Shown: one piece after another, positions 31,524 through 32,890 of the stretch
Position numbering within the stretch: position 1 is the first letter of the stretch
Layout of the letters: every line of letters starts with the position of its first letter
Assembly (NCBI GenBank): GCA_000999595.1
Contig: LCJH01000003.1
Coordinates: 1 to 32,890 of the forward strand
DNA length: 32,890 nt
Reading direction: 5' to 3'
From: Microgenomates group bacterium GW2011_GWA2_44_7
Lineage (GTDB): Bacteria; Patescibacteriota; Microgenomatia; GWA2-44-7
Made by a program: the position numbers and the translations under genes
The notes under the pieces: model-generated
Databases searched by the model: none
What the model was told of the DNA's origin: nothing
What the model saw: the letters and a program-made list of their open reading frames with translations, nothing else

Positions 31524-32477
31524 TTACTGCCCGTAAAGTAGCCGCCAGTAGTCTTCCCCTAGATAAACCACAACATCCGCCCTCTCTGAATTCGAGTCCC
31601 CCGTCTGCCAAGAACACGAAAAAAGATGTTTAATCGCCTTTACTGTCTGCGATTGTTCTACCCGCTTTTCACCGCGAACAATACATCCGTCGATAACTTC
31701 ATTACCGGAAACTACCCTGACAACCTGTGCTCCTAAATTTTCAAACAACCTCGCCGCCTTTGTACCCAAACCCTGGCGATTAGTCTTATTTATCACGGTA
31801 ATCGTTAGTCGTTCTTCATCAATTGCCTTGTCAAACATATTTGTTCGCACCCACGAGTCCCATCTGTCACCTGCTAGAACCAAACTAACACTCCCGTCTA
31901 CATTATCTTTTGCTCTGATTAAATCTTCTGCAGAGAGATCTACGTTTCTTATATCAATTTTTTTAGCACCGTTGATCAACCACACAAAGCGAACAAGATC
32001 AAAAGTAGAAAAATTAGATTTAACATTCCCCAATACTAAATCAGCGAGAGAAGGAATCATCTGTCGTGGGGTTTTTTGATTGACCCAGGAAATTACTTGA
32101 ATACCAAACTCATTTTCGACAGATGAAATAACAAGTCTTCCTTGTTTTTTTTCCTGGCGATCCAGTTCGAAGACTCTATCAAAATAATAGTCTCCATAAC
32201 CGTTCGTCAGCGAAAGCATAAAATTTGACGGGAAGGAAATCAGAAGCACCTCCCGATTTTGAGGCTCGTAGCTAATAAGTCCGGCTGGACTTATTGAAAT
32301 TACTGTCAATCGACTCTTACCATCCCACTGACTATCCCTGGTGCCCCGAAAAAATAACATCAAGCCCGCCGAAAGAACAAGGAAAAATAAAGCATAAAAG
32401 ACCACTTTTACCGGCAGTTTACGTTTCGGATGGTTAGAAAAATTCACAAAATCCTTTGGGGAATCAGCCTTGCGCAT
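31524..32477 (-). CDS. Membrane-anchored LCP-like protein with C-terminal LytR_C domain
   Basis: One N-terminal TM; ITVINKT.RQGLG..AA...ADVVVYLGED. Confidence 0.75.
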   Translation of the reverse strand: MRKADSPKDFVNFSNHPKRKLPVKVVFYALFFLVLSAGLMLFFRGTRDSQWDGKSRLTVISISPAGLISYEPQNREVLLISFPSNFMLSLTNGYGDYYFDRVFELDRQEKKQGRLVISSVENEFGIQVISWVNQKTPRQMIPSLADLVLGNVKSNFSTFDLVRFVWLINGAKKIDIRNVDLSAEDLIRAKDNVDGSVSLVLAGDRWDSWVRTNMFDKAIDEERLTITVINKTNRQGLGTKAARLFENLGAQVVRVVSGNEVIDGCIVRGEKRVEQSQTVKAIKHLFSCSWQTGDSNSERADVVVYLGEDYWRLLYGQ

Positions 32478-32498
32478 AGAATCGAAATAAACTTGAAA

Positions 32499-32766
32499 TT
32501 AGTGTCTGTCCTGCTCTTTTGAATCGGTACTTATGGTATCCGCTTGGGCTCTAATTGACTTTACGGTATCCGCAACAGTTGACCTGTCAACTCCGATTTC
32601 CTGCAAAATTCTGTGGATAATTGAAAGGGCTGCTTCAAATTCGGGCTGAATTACACTATTGGCTCCCAGTTCCTTTAACTGTCTTTTGTCACTCTCCCTA
32701 AAAGCTCGGGCGATAAGATAAGCAGATTTATTCGTACCCTGCGTAATTTTTATTATCCTTTCCTGA
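32499..32766 (-). pseudogene. C-terminal fragment of a Kef-type cation:proton antiporter (TrkA_N/RCK end)
   Basis: LIARA......LKELGANSVIQPEFEAA; 5' part absent. Confidence 0.65.
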
Positions 32767-32890
32767 TTTCTCACTACGCACGTCTTGATTTACCCACGCC
32801 CGTAAACGAGTTGCTTGATACATTGGAACTCGCCCGGGCGACACTCATGCTCCCGAACTACAAGCTCGGCACCGTTGCCATGCATTTTTC
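32760..32890 (+). pseudogene. Internal fragment of a DEDDh 3'-5' exonuclease (DnaQ-like), running off the window
   Basis: FLISHYARLDLPTPVNELLDTLELARATLMLPNYKLGTVAMHF matches the FL...DTL.LAR....YKL..LA pattern; no start or ExoI motif. Confidence 0.6.

Overview
Bacterial chromosomal segment. Gene content (pilB-pilT-pilC, signal peptidase-CAP fusion, TPR/HIRAN-like and LytR_C proteins, giant Pro-Thr surface protein) suggests Patescibacteria/CPR, probably Microgenomates-like; this is inference. Left: holB, type IV pilus genes, and a gyrB-hppA-SDR-gyrA run whose gyrA has an internal out-of-frame deletion and Ile/Pro at the quinolone-resistance positions. Next come a frameshifted IS256/Mutator-like element with 24-bp terminal inverted repeats, a secreted protein and a ~1070-aa Pro-Thr stalk protein. 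The best candidate for a new system is at ~18.75-24.26 kb. It has two paralogous leaderless 26-codon leader-peptide attenuators, a three-way-junction RNA, and a strongly hairpinned 35-aa Asp/Gly/Pro peptide gene whose Shine-Dalgarno can be sequestered. These sit with a remote PvcA/DIT1 isonitrile-synthase-like gene, an atypical Ldh_2 oxidoreductase and two M20 amidohydrolases. A second unexplained element is a three-unit array of 38-bp covarying hairpin repeats with 20-21-bp spacers (28298-28452), about 1 kb from a Xer-type recombinase. The right end looks like a chimeric join of a Kef-like fragment and a DnaQ-like fragment. No rRNA, tRNA or cas genes were recognised. All calls are by eye, without database searches.
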